A stretch of DNA of 64,000 bases, from positions 46,099 through 110,098 of IMG/VR virus record IMGVR_UViG_3300029288_000100, one strand, 5' to 3'. Below the pieces are notes generated by a model. It was not told the origin of the DNA. It did no database searches and worked only from the letters and a program-made list of their open reading frames with translations. The position numbers and the translations under genes were made by a program. The DNA is from a virus. Its lineage: Duplodnaviria; Caudoviricetes. How positions within the stretch are numbered: the first letter of the stretch is position 1; every line of letters begins with the position of its first letter. Below, piece by piece: positions 62,742 to 64,000 of this stretch.

Positions 62742-64000
62742 CCCACACCACCTGCCGCGAGGAGCTTCAGGAACTCGTGCTCACTGATGATGCGCAGCGC
62801 CGCGCCCTCGGCGACGAGCTTCTCCGCCTTGACATGCTTGCTGCTCTTGCGCGGCTCGGCGCCCGCGCCCACCACCAGGTAGGTGAGCTCGCGAGTGACG
62901 CCACTCGGCGCCTGTCCGCCCCGCTCCAGCACCCGCTTCTGCGCGGTCTTGCGATCGAACGCGAGCAGCGTCCCGGTGAAGACGAAGCTCTTACCGGCGA
63001 GGGGCCCACCGGTCAGTGCGGCCGCGCCCTGTTCCAGGGTCACCTCACGCAAGAGCTCGTCGATGAGCGGCGCGCGATCAGCCAGCCCGGCCACCACGCT
63101 CCGAGCGATCTCCGACCCGATGGTGGGGATCTCAGCGATCTCCACAGCCATGAGCTTCCGCACCCGCGCGAGGTCGCCGTACCGCTCCTCGAGCAGTTCC
63201 GCCACGTGGCGTCCCAGCTCATCAATCCCCAGGGCGCGCAGGAAGACAGAGATCCGCAGCGAGCGGTGTTCCCCCGTCTCCTCGACCAGGCGGGCAGCCA
63301 GCTTGGGTCCCACGCGCTCGAGCCGCTCCAGCTGTTCGGTGCTGACGCGGTAGAGGTCGACCGGGCTGCGCAATAGCTGCTCATCGTAGGCCTGGGAGAG
63401 CAGCTTCTCGCCGAACCCCAGGATGCCCACCACAGAGCAGTAGTGGGCGATGGCGCCGATGGTAGCCGCGCGACAGACCTCCGGACGCGCGCAGTAGAGG
63501 AAGTCGCGCTCCCGCCGAACAGGTCCGCCGCAGGAGGGGCAGACCTCGGGCAGCGCGATGGGCGGCTCACCGCTCTCCGGCGCCGGCTCCACCACCCGCT
63601 CCACCTTGGGGATCACCCCGCCGCGACGGGTGACCAGCAGCTTCGCGCCGGGCGGCCGGCCAAGGAGCCCCAGCTTGTCGACGAACCCGGCATGATGCAG
63701 GGAGGCGCGGCTCACCTGCGCCCCGCTCAGGGTCACCGGATCGAGGAGCGCCACCGGGGTGATGGCCCCCGAGCGCGCCACGCTCCATTCCACCCCGCGA
63801 AGCGTGCTCACGCCGGACTCGCCCTGGAACTTGTAGGCGATGGCGTAGCGCGGATGGTGCGCGGTGGAGCCAAGCCGCTCCTGCTCCGAGACCTGGTTGG
63901 CCTTGAACACCACCCCGTCGATCTCGAAGTCGATCTCACCCCGACAGGCGGCGATATCCTCGTAGATGTCGCGCAGCCGGCTCCCCTCGCGCGGCCCCAC
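62738..64000 (-). CDS. ligA: NAD-dependent DNA ligase, 3' part (5' end outside the window)
   Basis: EIDGVVFK, PRYAIAYKF, RSGAITPV, RASLH, CPSC Zn finger, HhH repeats, BRCT (GKSFVFTG). Confidence 0.95.
   Translation of the reverse strand: MGPREGSRLRDIYEDIAACRGEIDFEIDGVVFKANQVSEQERLGSTAHHPRYAIAYKFQGESGVSTLRGVEWSVARSGAITPVALLDPVTLSGAQVSRASLHHAGFVDKLGLLGRPPGAKLLVTRRGGVIPKVERVVEPAPESGEPPIALPEVCPSCGGPVRRERDFLYCARPEVCRAATIGAIAHYCSVVGILGFGEKLLSQAYDEQLLRSPVDLYRVSTEQLERLERVGPKLAARLVEETGEHRSLRISVFLRALGIDELGRHVAELLEERYGDLARVRKLMAVEIAEIPTIGSEIARSVVAGLADRAPLIDELLREVTLEQGAAALTGGPLAGKSFVFTGTLLAFDRKTAQKRVLERGGQAPSGVTRELTYLVVGAGAEPRKSSKHVKAEKLVAEGAALRIISEHEFLKLLAAGGVG

Overview
High-GC window that reads as one continuous piece of a large contractile-tailed (myovirus-like) phage or prophage; nearly all genes are on the minus strand. 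The host is possibly a myxobacterium/deltaproteobacterium (inference from DAG-rich secreted proteins and the LigA/RecA types). Positions ~1-41.5 kb hold the late module: lysis-region membrane genes, an unusual sigma-70 fusion, fiber, baseplate, tape measure, a -1 frameshifted chaperone, tube, sheath, neck, XkdG-like capsid, XkdF-like protease, gpF, portal, terminase and an envelope-protein moron. Positions ~41.5-64 kb hold early/accessory genes: an HTH regulator with a repeated operator, DUF4942, an N-truncated loop-altered RecA, LPD29-like and RHH proteins, ParB, a G10-frameshifted DNA adenine methyltransferase, an SLT enzyme and the 3' part of ligA. The most striking element is a tightly coupled operon at 48.4-54.5 kb: csf1-cas11-csf2-csf3 (type IV-B CRISPR-Cas-like, no array, no cas6), a small RNase-like ORF, a CysH-like protein, a GNAT and an IbrA/IbrB pair. 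It is preceded by an ~840-bp structured non-coding region carrying copies of a 21-bp quasi-palindrome. No integrase, att site, tRNA or canonical CRISPR array was seen. All calls come from motif recognition by eye; no database searches were run.
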